From the NCBI RefSeq assembly GCF_000181795.1, contig NW_003526943.1:6069806-6133805 (forward strand): a stretch of DNA of 64,000 nt, read 5' to 3'. The notes beneath the pieces were generated by a model. That model did no database searches and was not told the origin of the DNA. It worked only from the letters and a program-made list of their open reading frames with translations. Shown here piece after piece: positions 1 through 16,651 of this stretch (the stretch's first letter is position 1; each line of letters begins with the position of its first letter). The translations under genes were made by a program, and so were the position numbers. This DNA is from Trichinella spiralis (taxonomy: Eukaryota).

Positions 1-62
1 GCATTACAAAGTCAATTACAATTACAAATTCAATTACAATTACAATTACAAAGCCATTACAA
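1..62. repeat. Degenerate tandem hexamer repeat (CAATTA/ATTACA)n in an intron
   Basis: Repeated attaca/caatta units seen directly; lies beyond the minus-strand splice donor at 77-78. Confidence 0.7.
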
Positions 63-78
63 ACACAAAGCAGTTTAC

Positions 79-2327
79 CTGATGGAATTACTGTTAATAC
101 TTCATATGCAACACCAGCGTCATTGACAGCAGTGCATTCCAAAGTAATTTTATCTTTCACATTCTTCAGCTCATATTCGACTTCACTTAGCAGTGGCTCA
201 TTCAAAATTATATCGTCTGTCTGTAATGTCACAGAAGGAGTAGGTTCTCCAATGCCAAGGCAATGAACAACAGCACTTCCGCCAAATGGAACTTCCACCT
301 CTGATTCTGGTATTGTCTTTGCAAGAATACTATTTTCTGCTAAAGAAATTTGTCTTAAGCTGAAATTCAAGATAACTCTGCAACAGTTTACTGTTCAAAG
401 ATGTCATAACTTCAGCAATTTCACTTAACGGTCCCATTCCGTTATCAGTCAAAGCTCGTATGCGAATAAAATAAAGAGTGTCTGGAGCGAGATCTTCTAA
501 ACTTACAGAGTAATTTTTCTGTTCGATATAATATGCAGGCTCCACAAGCTGATACCACATTTTAAGAGGTATGCCACTGTCATTAGTGAAATGAACAACA
601 AATGCCTTAAAGCTATTTATTAAATTAAAATAATTATATTCCATTAAAATATGTCGAACCTGCAAAGTATCGTCTGGAGATTCAGACTGCCACGAAACAT
701 TCACCGTAGTACCTTTAGCTTGTGCACGTACATTAACAGGAAGATTGGTTTTATCTCAAGGAAAAAATTTCTAATATTAAAATTGTTTATTAGGAATACA
801 AACGCTTACCGTTAATAATCACGGCTACTTTAACGGACGAAGAGCCAAGCTTGTTGAACGCAATGCACTCATATTCAGTCGACTCTTGTGGTTCTTCGCT
901 GAGCATAACTGCATTCTCAATATTTGTTATCCGTTCACCTCCTCTGTACCAACTGACCTTTGGGGGCGGTACACCTTGGGCAGTACAATTAATGTTAATT
1001 TCTTCTCCAGGTTGAAGAAAATACTCATGCAATGCTGGATCGATAGAAACAACCGGCTTGAATTCTAAAATCTATGCTGAAGTTCAATAAAATGACCACG
1101 TAGTTAAAAATTTGCCTTTTGGATGCAAAGTAACACGAATTGGTTCTGAAAACGGGCTTATGCCATTTTCACCAACAGCTGCTAATTTTACTAAATATGA
1201 CTTTTCCGGCAATAAGTCATTGATTTGATACTGCCTTCGATGGCCGGGAACTTTGATGCTATTCCATTTTCTTGGTTCAGTTTCACTTTCATGAGCATAA
1301 CTAATATTGTAATACTAAAACAGGTATCTCAAAAATCAGTTAAAGATATATGAATAAATATGATAAATTTACTTTAATCTTCCCAGTTTTATGCTTTGGC
1401 TCATTCCATCGTAACAGCACTTTATTTCCAATTACTGAATGTCGAATGTTGTCAGGTGGCGATCCAGCACCTCAAAAACGAAATTTTTTAAATTTTAGAC
1501 AAAAACTCTAAATTGATGTATAATTTTATATAAATGATCGCACAATGTAATATAATATAAAATGCACTACAGCTGAATCAATATTTTATTCAAAATTATT
1601 AAACATCATTTACCTAATACCACCAAAGTTATTGTCTTAAAAGCTTTGCCAACATCATTTTCTGCTTCGCATTTAAGCAGTACGTTTTCTGTCAACTCCC
1701 CAACAGTTAGCACAAAACTTGGATCATCCAGTTCCAAATCATCTGCTGACATTTTCCATGATTTCATTTTCTGACCATTTTTATACCATATAACCAGTGG
1801 TGGCGGATTTCCAGTAGCGATGCACGTAATTTCATGAATGCTTCCTAATTCCACTTGCAATACCTCACCTTCTGGTTCAATGATAACTTCCGGAGCTAAT
1901 TTTAAATAGTGTACATGTAATTTGAAAATGTGAAAGAAATTTTATAGAGTAAAATAATAAGTAAATTAAAGAGCGCAAGCATATACCAAGTTGAACAGTT
2001 TCAAAAATAAGTGGTTCAGATAAAACTCCAGTGCCAAGAGCAGTAACGCCGGCAATTTTTGCATAATACACAGTATTTGGATCAAGTGTAATTAATGACT
2101 CTAAGCTGTCACCACCAACAGCGTATTCTTTCCAGTTACTCAAAGGTTGGTTAGGATCATCAGAGATGTAAATGACATAGTCCTGCAAAATTCTCTTTAG
2201 CAAAAAGCATTTGATGTTTTATAATTAAATGTTAGAGTTACAGTTTATGATTTATAAATTACAGTTTACAGAGTTATAAAAAATTACCACAACCTATTCA
2301 ACTTGCTTGGGTATGATAATTAAATAA

Positions 2328-2379
<52 letters not shown>

Positions 2380-5300
2380 TTTTGAAACTGCTTACCACAA
2401 TCTTTCCGTTTTGAATTGTCGGTGGTTCCCAGTGAAAGTGAACATTACGGCCTGAACTATTCGCTTCAAAATTATTAGGCGATGTACCCGGTCCTAAAAT
2501 GTATTAATTTCTAAAAGAAGTAAAGTAAATCACTGCATATATATACCTGTCACTTCTACATCAATTTCTTTGCTTTCAATTCCTACAGAATTTTCTGCTG
2601 TACAGACAAACGTTGAAGTTTCGTATATTTCTTCTATAACAAGAAGTTTAGTCGTTTCCAGATCATCGTTGCTTGTTTCAGGTTGAAAAGTTGATTGAAT
2701 TTCTTCGTCTTCTTTAGTCCATCGCAAATAAGGGACTGGATATCCACTGGAACTACATGATATGTTTATCGACCCTCCTGGTGCAATGAAAACTGTTGAG
2801 GATGGATGTAGAGTAATTGATGGCTTCATTTCTAAATAAATAAAATAATATTCATGTTTAATTATGAAATATTTCACAAAGCACAATGATTCAATTCATA
2901 TCGTTAGATTCTGTACTTACTATATTAAATATTGCAGATAATATATATTACATACATTTAATGCTTATTTTACTTCTAATTATTTGATATATTTCATTAA
3001 TGACATTTTGAAAAGCTGTGATAACATGCAATTAAGCATTGCCACTTTATTAAAGTATTAACAATATGAAAAGCTTCCACTTTATTAGAAGTTATCGTTC
3101 TAAATACTTATTATTTCATGTAAAATTATGAAAATTACTTTGCTGAGTTGTATTCAAATAGAACTGTGGCGACAAAGGACCTGGACCAAATACGTTGAAA
3201 GCTCGAATTCCGAATGTGTATTTTGTCCAGGGATTTAAATTTGTAACTTCTGCCGAACGATTTATTCCAGTTACTATCACTTCCCACAACTCAAGAGGTT
3301 CTTCTGCATTTTCTGTAAAATGAACAGCATAACCCTACAACACATAATATTTTACAAATTATATTTGAGAGCACTAAAAATAATTAAACTTATACAGATA
3401 TATTTCCATTCGGGTACCGAGGTGGATCCCATGCTATTTTAACATTCACTCCATCACTGAGGCGATATTTTATATTTTCTGGTGGAGAACCAGGTCCGAG
3501 AACTGAAACTTGTATCGAAGCAGTTGATTTTCCCATTTTATTTTCAGCAACGCATTGAAAGCCAGTTGTTTCTACCAATCCTTCTACTTTTATTTGCATG
3601 GTTGTACTGGGTTCTGTATTTGACTGCAAAAGTTTTCCTTTCTTGTACCACGCAATTATTGGAGTAGGAATCCCGCTTGCTAAACATTTCAAATCAATGC
3701 TACCTCCTGGCGGGATATGCGCTTCTTTTCCTTGTTCAATTTTGACGAATGGTCTAGATTCTTCAAAGAAAAAATAATTTATAAATAACAATAAACTATT
3801 TCACTTTAACAAATACCTGAACTTTCTGTGACAACAAAAAATACTGGAGAAAATGGGCCAGGACCATAACGATTTAAAGCTCTTATTTTAATATAATAGG
3901 TTGCCATGGGATTTAATTGTAATGTTATTTCTTCCTGATCGGTTTTAATAGAGGACCAACGACCGTTTGGTTTGGATCCAACATCTTCAGTTTCAACGTA
4001 ATATATTTCAAAATTCTAAAGCGTAATTTTAATAAGAAATAGTAAACAGAATTTATAAACAAAAATATGATTATATTAAAAATAAACAAAAGCTAATTGA
4101 AAACTAAATCTTACATCAACAATTCCCTTTGGTGCTTGCCAAGTGATTTTCACATTGGTTCCTTCAATGGTAGATTTTATATTACTCGGTGGCGATCCTG
4201 GACCTAAAAATTTATAACTGCCATTTTCTTCATAATAACAGATGCACTAATGAAAATACCTGGTACAAAAACTTCTAACTGAGAGCTAGCCATTCCCAAG
4301 TCATTCACAACTTCGCAGCGCAGGGTCATAGTTTTGGAAACATTAGATAATTTCAAAATGAGCGTCGATGGAGAAATCAGCTTCAACTCCTGTTTATTGG
4401 TTACCAATACAGAATCCTTGAACCACTTCAACGTTGGTGTAGGGAAACCTTTTGCAGTGCAAGTAACGTTAACTTCACTTTCTGGCTTAATTTCCAACCT
4501 TCGGCTAGGAGTTATGGAAACTGTTGGCGCAAAAGTAGGCACTTAAATAAAACATTTTTGTTTCAATAAAAAATTATTTCATTACAATAGAATTGTTAAA
4601 GCAATGTAACGCTTTTTTGTTCTTATACAGTTATCATTACCTGATTTATACAATGTATTAAAACTGCTGCAACCATAACCATATTCATTTATGTTATTAT
4701 AAATATTCATCAGTTAAAGTTATAACCAAAATCATGTAATGCATATATCACAAACATTATTACATTTTTAACCTTTAAAAAAATTAAAGCAATCATTCAA
4801 TTAAGATCTGTCATGCATTAAACAGCTTATAAAACTGCCATAAAATCATAGGTAAAAAATTTAAGTACTTAAGCAAATATGAGGCTTGCAATCACATCGA
4901 TAATGAGTAAGATTGTGCGAGCTACAATCACATCCATCTGAATCTTCACAAATAGGCAAATCTGAAATTAAAAGTCAAATAACTTGCCAAATTGCAAAAC
5001 CAAACTAAATTTACCGCTAACTGGTTGAAAGCACACCTGACTACAGCCATTCCAACAACAGTATTCACCAACTCCACAATCTTGATTCATCTGACATGTA
5101 TCAACACAGTCACCATTGGGATAACCATACGGCACATCACCACATAAGCCAGAATCACCAGTTTCCATTAAACTGGTTCCTGAATGAAATAGTTATTTTC
5201 TTTTTGTCCTAAAAAATTTGAATTGTCCATCTTACGCTTGCAATTATGCCCGTCCTTATCCAAAACATAGTTTTGCGGACAAAAACATCGGTATCCACGA

Positions 5301-6357
5301 TCAGAATTGTCTTCAGCACAGTAATGACTGCAGCCACCGTTATCAAGATCACAGATATTCTGTGTCTCTGAAAACATGTTTAAAATTCAAGCAGAAATCA
5401 GAAATAAAATTTTAATGAAAAGAAATAATTTCCAAGTTAATTACATAGGAATAAGTTTAACTTAAAAGATGCATTATTCAAAACAGACCGAATGCTTCAA
5501 AATTATCAAAAGCATTATTATAATTGAAAATTATAAATACCTTGACAAGTTTTCAAATCACTACTCAATCTGTACCCATCTGGACACTGACATTCAGTAA
5601 CATTTTTGCCCAAAAAGTGACATATGTGACTGCAGCCTGCATGGTTAAATACACATGGATTTCCTGGCAGCCGATATTCGTCAATCATGTCTAGCAATAC
5701 CATACAACGTTAAATTATATTCATGCACAACATGATGTTCAGTTTTCACTTGTTGGTACACAGATTGGTGGAGTTCCCAGCCAATTTTCTTTCGAGCAAA
5801 ACAGATACTCTGATTCATCCAAAAACTGATACCCAGCATTGCACTGATATTGCACGGCTAAATATGCTTTCAAACTTTTTACATGTTTTTGCAAACGAAA
5901 TTTTGTCGTCAATGATTTGTATCTGAAATGCACATAATTTTGGTGACATTTTGGTGACATGGTAAATTTCCAGAGATGAAATATATTTTCATTTCAATTA
6001 AAAAATGTCAAAGATATTACTTACTGGCCATTGGGCACTATTGGTGGTGTAATGGAACGTTGGCCTCTATCATATCTAGCCGCGCATGTGTAGTCGAGTT
6101 CAAACAAATCAGGATAACAAATTTTTCTTGATGAAACAGTCGATTGTACGCATTTTCCACTATGTTCAGCAGGAAAAAGTGGATCACACTCTTAAATTAA
6201 AAAGTACAGCTTGTCGTAAAAGAACACTTTTTCATTGTAATAAAAAGAACTGCTTACTTTTTCGACGGCACAAGTTACTTTGAGAAGGGTTACCATCCAC
6301 AGGATGAAGTATTAATGCAAATAATAATATGAACAGTTGTAGTGAATTCTGAAACAT
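79..6357 (-). CDS. Large secreted/ECM Ig-superfamily protein, 5' part (signal peptide, Sushi, EGF repeats, WAP, alternating Ig-FN3 modules); DIG-1/mesocentin-like; continues beyond the window start
   Basis: Signal peptide MFQNSLQLFILLFALILHPVDG (ATG 6357). Sushi-like VQYQCNAGYQF..C...W.GTPPIC. EGFs CSHICH..CQCPDGYRL and GGCSHYC..CFCPQNYVL. WAP CVDTCQMNQDC.VGEYCCWNGCSQVC. Then six Ig exons (C.A.G.P.P...W.K) alternating with five FN3 domains (W..P..., L.P.T.Y...I.A....G.GP.S), with GT-AG introns in compatible phases where checked. DIG-1 identity is inferred from domain order only. Confidence 0.85.
2332..2377. repeat. (TA)n microsatellite, intronic
   Basis: Uninterrupted TA run seen directly. 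Confidence 0.95.
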
Positions 6358-6801
6358 CTTATATCTTCTGAACTTATTATATTCATCACTGATCGTACAC
6401 ATTTTCACAATTTCTGAAATAAAATTCATTCATTCAGCAACAGCACACAAGTAAACGGCATTCAATAGACAAATAGAATTAGAAAAATGATGAAAAAAAG
6501 AAACAAAGAGCAATACGCATTATCTCGGCAGTGATGAGATAGCTAGCTTTCAGTTTAGCAACTTTTTTTGAAACTTTCAGCGTTTTTAAATTTAGCTTCT
6601 GCCTCTATCTGACACACTACACAAGCACAGATGACAAATTCTCTTGCAACTAAAACAATTATTGTTGCAGATGATGCCAGAGGCTAATGGAATAGATGAA
6701 ATAGCTGAAAAGCGATTTGATTGTTCGTTCTCGGTGATTTGTCTTCCTCTTAGAAAAAAAGCCAACTGTTGATCAGAATTTAAAACGCTTGACAGCAATG
6801 T

Positions 6802-6909
6802 GCATTAATCTCATTGAAAAGCTTTCAAAAGTGAAAACCGACATATGGAATATGGCCTTGAAGGCTGATCTGCACTTAGCAAAGTGAAAATCTGTCCACA
6901 TTGAAAATT
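6802..6909 (-). repeat. Copy 1 of a 108-bp element duplicated in inverted orientation at 10226-10333
   Basis: Reverse complement matches 10226-10333 with 2 mismatches by manual alignment. Confidence 0.95.
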
Positions 6910-8292
6910 TTCCTAATTCACTTTTCAAACGTCATGATAGCAATAAAAAGAGCGGATGTATTTCAAAACTATCACCCGTTACAGCATTTTAAAAATAACA
7001 GAAATGAAACTATTTAAATAATCTTTCTCGAAGCAAAACGCATCTGTGAAAATAAGACAAAATGCTTAACAGCAGCAGCAACAACAACAACGACGACAAC
7101 GACGATTAGTGTAGCAAAAAAATCTAAAGTAACTTTTGATACAAAACATTGTTCATATATTTAAATTAATTACGGTAAGTTTTACAAACAGTGCACTACA
7201 ACATATTAAAAACAAGTATAATTCAGACACGTCATTTAAATAATTATATCCAAATTATTTTGCTGTTTTAAAATATTGGACAATTAAAATTCAACATATC
7301 TTGCAGTAATAAATTAAAATTTTGAAATTTTTAATGCGGCAAAATTGGAGAAACTTCATTATAACAAAGAAAAGCAGTGAGGATGAAACATTTTTTGTGA
7401 TTTTTGTTAGTAATCCACCAATACAATTTTGAATTTTTATGAAATAAGTGTTTTACTGTTGTTGGCTAAAGTTATTCAACAACAAAGAAATGAAATCAAC
7501 ACGTGACAATCGTTATTTTAATACTAAAATAAAGGAATTAAATTAACATAAAATAATAAAACATCTATAAGTGAAATGTGAATTTTAGAAAAAATGTCCT
7601 ACTAGTAGTTTTTTTATGAAAATTCAAAAATGCGATGTACACCACAGATTTTAAAACATTAATTAAATATTCAAATCAAACAAAACGCAGCTCACTAATT
7701 ATTTCGTTTACATTTCAATTCCTTTGAAATATTTCATTTTCTATGATTCATTGCAAAGCAAAATTACTATAATAATAAGAGCATAATTTTCCACAGAGCG
7801 TCACTAAAAAATTCATCATTTACAAAATGTGTTTGATTTTGTTTTAGAAAAGAAAGTTATCAACGTTCCCAAAGATGACACAAACGCAGAAAACACAAAA
7901 AAGAAGCATTGAAACAAAATGAAACACATTAATCTATAAACAATAAAATCTGAATTGTTCAATAAAAAGGAAATTCATGAAAAGTATCAACAAACTAATA
8001 CACATATATGAAAACAAATCATAGCAAACTCAATTCTAAATAAAAATTATAAATTATTGTTATAAATATTAACGCTACGATTACCAAGGCACTTTTGCAC
8101 ACAAGTTTTACCAAAACGGGTTTCGCCGGACACCACTATTTCATTTGCATTTTCACGTTAGCTGAAATGTGCGAACCTATAAAAAACGTAGCGGCAGCTA
8201 GAATCAAGCCACTTTTATTCACAAAATTATTTTACAAAGATAATTTAATAGTAATGCACACCGTATTTGCAAAAGCGTTGGTGACAACTATC

Positions 8293-8400
8293 AACCAATC
8301 AATGATTAACACAAAGTAACAAATCAAATAGCACAATTTATTTGCCCAATCACTAAATCAGAATGATTATCTAATAAAATAGCGCAAGCCAATAGCCAAT
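8293..8400 (+). promoter_or_regulatory. Phased CCAAT-box array, probable rpl-4 (possibly bidirectional) promoter
   Basis: CCAAT 8295, CAAAT 8320, CCAAT 8346, CTAAT 8371, CCAAT 8396 (spacing 25,26,25,25), plus an extra CCAAT at 8389; about 250 bp upstream of a TCT-like start. Confidence 0.55.
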
Positions 8401-8648
8401 TACCGGTCAACCGCCGAACAACCTACCTGCAAACAGCCACTCACATTGCGTAATGATTTTCAAATCGCTCGGATGTTCGACATATTCTATTTTAAAGAAA
8501 AATCCCGGAGCAGTAGCAAAGTAATCGCAGATTTTTTTGTTTTTAAAAATGTGAAGTAACGTCAGAAGCAGGTGTTGAAAAAATCAGCAGAAATAAACTT
8601 CTTTTGGCAGAGTTTATTTCATTTTTCCGCTGCTGTGGTTTAGCCAAA

Positions 8649-8682
8649 CCTCTTTTGGCAACCGTAGGGTCAATCTTTAAGA
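8649..8682 (+). promoter_or_regulatory. Putative TCT initiator / 5'TOP non-coding first exon of rpl-4
   Basis: CCTCTTTT at 8649 followed by donor GA|GTATGT at 8683; acceptor TAG at 9730-9732 lies 2 nt before the rpl-4 ATG. Confidence 0.45.
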
Positions 8683-9734
8683 GTATGTTAGAATTCATAA
8701 AATATTACTGAGGAAAGATGAATTTTATATTTTATTTTTTCTAAATGTATACAGATCGGCTAATTGCAATATTTAAAATAATTCATTATTTTTTCATAAA
8801 ATTAAATATATATATAATTAACGTTTTAATACATTTTGGCTATTTGTCATACTGTTATTTATTGTGCCTGCAATTCACAAAATACTGTAATTCATAGGGT
8901 CGACAACTTGGCAATTACATTTCTACTGAGGTATTGTTGTACATTCTGTTTTTACTAGTTTTTTTGAAATAAATAATATAAGTACATAATTATTCTTTAA
9001 TATTACTATATGATTTGTCGTTTTTGCTTTGAGAGTTAGTAATGTTTTTCCGCAATGCTATTGAGAAATTGCTTGGAAAAAATATTTTAATATGTTTATC
9101 ATTGTCATTTTTCAAGGAATGTTATTAGATAAGTATATCTTTTAAATCTTAATTACTTTTAGAAATGTTTTCCAGTATTATTTGATTTTTATGGTTCTTT
9201 GAAATTAAAAGAAAAGTGTAACAATTGCATTACAGTTGCTTAATTTCTTTTGTTTCTCATAGTATTTCTGTTTTTCCTTAGGTTTTACATTTTTGTTGTA
9301 TAAGATACATGTATAGTGAAATTTGTTTTAATGCTGTTTGCTATGAGTGTCTTGCTTAGAACTTGTACTGCATTTTAATACTTTTCTGTTGTCTTTCAAT
9401 TATTATATTTCGTTTAGTTTTACTTTTCGAACACTTTCTGTTGTTTTTCCTCAGGTTTTTTAACTTAATTTTATTATTATTTATTATTAATTAATTTAAT
9501 TTTAATTTTATTACTCTTCTGCTACAGCTATCAATGCAGTTGAAAGGTGTTAATTTTTAGTATTTAAAATTTATACTCTTATTCGTGTTATAAACAAACA
9601 ATTTATGACTTATTTGCAGTAGTAATTTGATAAATAATTTAAATTTAAAATTTTAATAGGACTTCACGTTTTGTTTAACAGTATTTGTGTTCATTAATAC
9701 TTAAAAACTGAAATTTGAAAATTACGTTGTAGCT

Positions 9735-11490
9735 ATGGCAAGGCCATTGGTATCGGTTTATGATGAGAAAGGTAATCTGACAGAGGAGACGATTAAGCTT
9801 CCCGATGTTTTCAAGGCGCCTTTGCGTCCTGACTTGGTATCTTTCATTCATGCACAGATGCGTTTAAATGCTCGTCAGCCATATGCAGTTTCAAGAAAAG
9901 CAGGTTGGTAGTTTTGTGATGAAAATTGAAATATTATGTTTGAGGCATATTTATTCATTAGGTCATCAAACATCCGCTGAATCTTGGGGAACTGGACGCG
10001 CTGTTTCTCGTATACCAAGAGTTCGGGGCGGTGGAACACACCGCAGTGGTCAAGGCGCATTTGGAAACATGTGTCGAGGAGGACGAATGTTTGCACCAAC
10101 TTCTGTTTGGCGTCGATGGCATCGGAGAATCAACGTAGCACAAAAAAGATATGCCATTTGTTCAGCTATTGCAGCAACCGGAATTCCATCACTGATTATG
10201 GCTCGAGGTGACTATTCTGTGTGATAATTTTAAATGTGGACAGATTTTCACTTTGCTAAGTGCAGATCAGCCTTCAAGGCCATATTCCATATGTCGGTTT
10301 TCACTTTTGAAAGCTTTTCAATAAGATTAATGCTTATAATATGAATGGTTATTTTAAAGATTAAAAATGTTTTGCAAGAAATGAATATGTGAATAAATGA
10401 ACACATTTTGTTCAATCAATTGTTGCAGGTCATTCAATAAGCGAAATACCGGAGGTACCGTTGGTGGTCTGTGACAAATTGGAAGGTTATAAGAAAACAA
10501 AAGATGCAGTTGCTTTTTTGAAGGCTGTTAAAGCTTGGTCAGATATAGAAAAAGTGAGTAATTTTAATTTATTTTTGAATTGTTAATGCTTTAATAAAAT
10601 AAAATATTATCAAACAGGTGTACAACAGTCGACGACATCGTGCTGGTAAAGGAAAAATGAGGAACCGTCGTTGGAAACAAAAGAAAGGTCCACTGATAAT
10701 TTACAACCACAACAATGGAATTAAGCAGGCTTTTCGCAATATACCGGGTATGAGTGAGTGCATATTTTTTTATTCTTTATTTCGAGAATGAATTTTGCAG
10801 GCATCAGCTTCTTGCAAGTGGACAATCTGAATCTTTTGAAACTAGCTCCCGGTGGCCATTTGGGACGTTTCTGTATTTGGACTGCGGGTGCGTTCAAAAA
10901 ATTGAATGCACTGTATGGAACATTTAAAGCTCCGTCGCAGTTGAAAACTGGCTGGCGGTAATAAATTTTTTGTATAAATTTTAACATTTATGAAAGAGTG
11001 TTTGTAATGTCTTCATTTTTTGATTTAGTCTGCCTAAACCAAAAATGACTATGGCGGATTTTTCACGCTTGATCAAAAGTGAAGAAATTCAGAAGGCAAT
11101 TCGTCCTAGAATGTGAGAATAATTTTTGTATTTCAAGGAAGGATTATCTGAAAGTAAATTATTGTTTTTAAGCAAGCCAGCTAAGCCGCAGGAAAAACGG
11201 AAGAATCCTTTGAAGAACTTTGAATTCATGTGCGAGCTGAATCCGTACGCAGCTGTACTGGCTCGTGCAGCAGTGTTGAAAAACCAAAAGAAGGATACTT
11301 CTAAAAAGAAAGTGAAGAAACAGAAGAAAGTAACAAGTTTTGGTGTATTATATGCATAGAATAATAAATATATTGTGCATGTGATTATTTACAGGTGACA
11401 GAGGTGAGCAAAAAGAAAACACTGAAAGGGGCAAAAGCTAAAAAGAAATCTGGAAAAACAAAAGCCGCAGAGCCAGCTGCATCATCTTGA
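9735..11490 (+). CDS. rpl-4: 60S ribosomal protein L4 (uL4)
   Basis: 8 coding exons: 9735-9903, 9962-10207, 10429-10553, 10618-10747, 10801-10957, ~11029-11112, ~11173-11329, 11395-11490. Hallmark [69 protein letters not shown]; Lys-rich tail; AATAAA just after the stop. Confidence 0.98.
10226..10333 (+). repeat. Copy 2 of the 108-bp inverted duplicated element, inside rpl-4 intron 10208-10428
   Basis: Matches the reverse complement of 6802-6909; mismatches only at 10232 and 10323. Confidence 0.95.
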
Positions 11491-12025
11491 AATTTTGTGC
11501 TCTGATAAATAAAATGGAATTTTATTTAATCGTTGTATTTTTATTTTTTGTGCTTGAAACATATTTTTAGGTAAGGAGAGTAATGATAAATGATTTTTAT
11601 ACGAAGTAGTAGAATTGTAGTTCACAAAGAGAAGCAAAATTTGAGGATTTTTACAACTAAATTAACAATAGTGTAAACTTAAAATTCGAATGACATGAGT
11701 TTCCGAATGATAAAAGCTGCAAATGTCAGGGAAAAGCATCTTTGCATTGTTGATTGTTTATTTTCATTGTAATTACAATGATAATAGAGAATCAATTTAA
11801 TAAATTAGCAATGTAGATTTGTTTATACAAAAAAAAGATTTCCAAGCTTTCGAACAATAATAAAACATTAGATAGCAATATCAGTTACATATATCTTTTT
11901 TTTCTGTAGGATTATTGTATTTGAACAGCTTGTTAAAAATCAACATTTAAAAAGCAAATAAAAGGAAAAAGTAAATGCTTTCCCATTTGCATATGAATTG
12001 TTCACACCAATGTAGTGTAATTAAT

Positions 12026-16651
<4,626 letters not shown>

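Noticed and set aside
9904..9961. Box C-like GTGATGA in an rpl-4 intron (snoRNA?)
   Set aside because: Intron is only 58 nt and has no CTGA D box.
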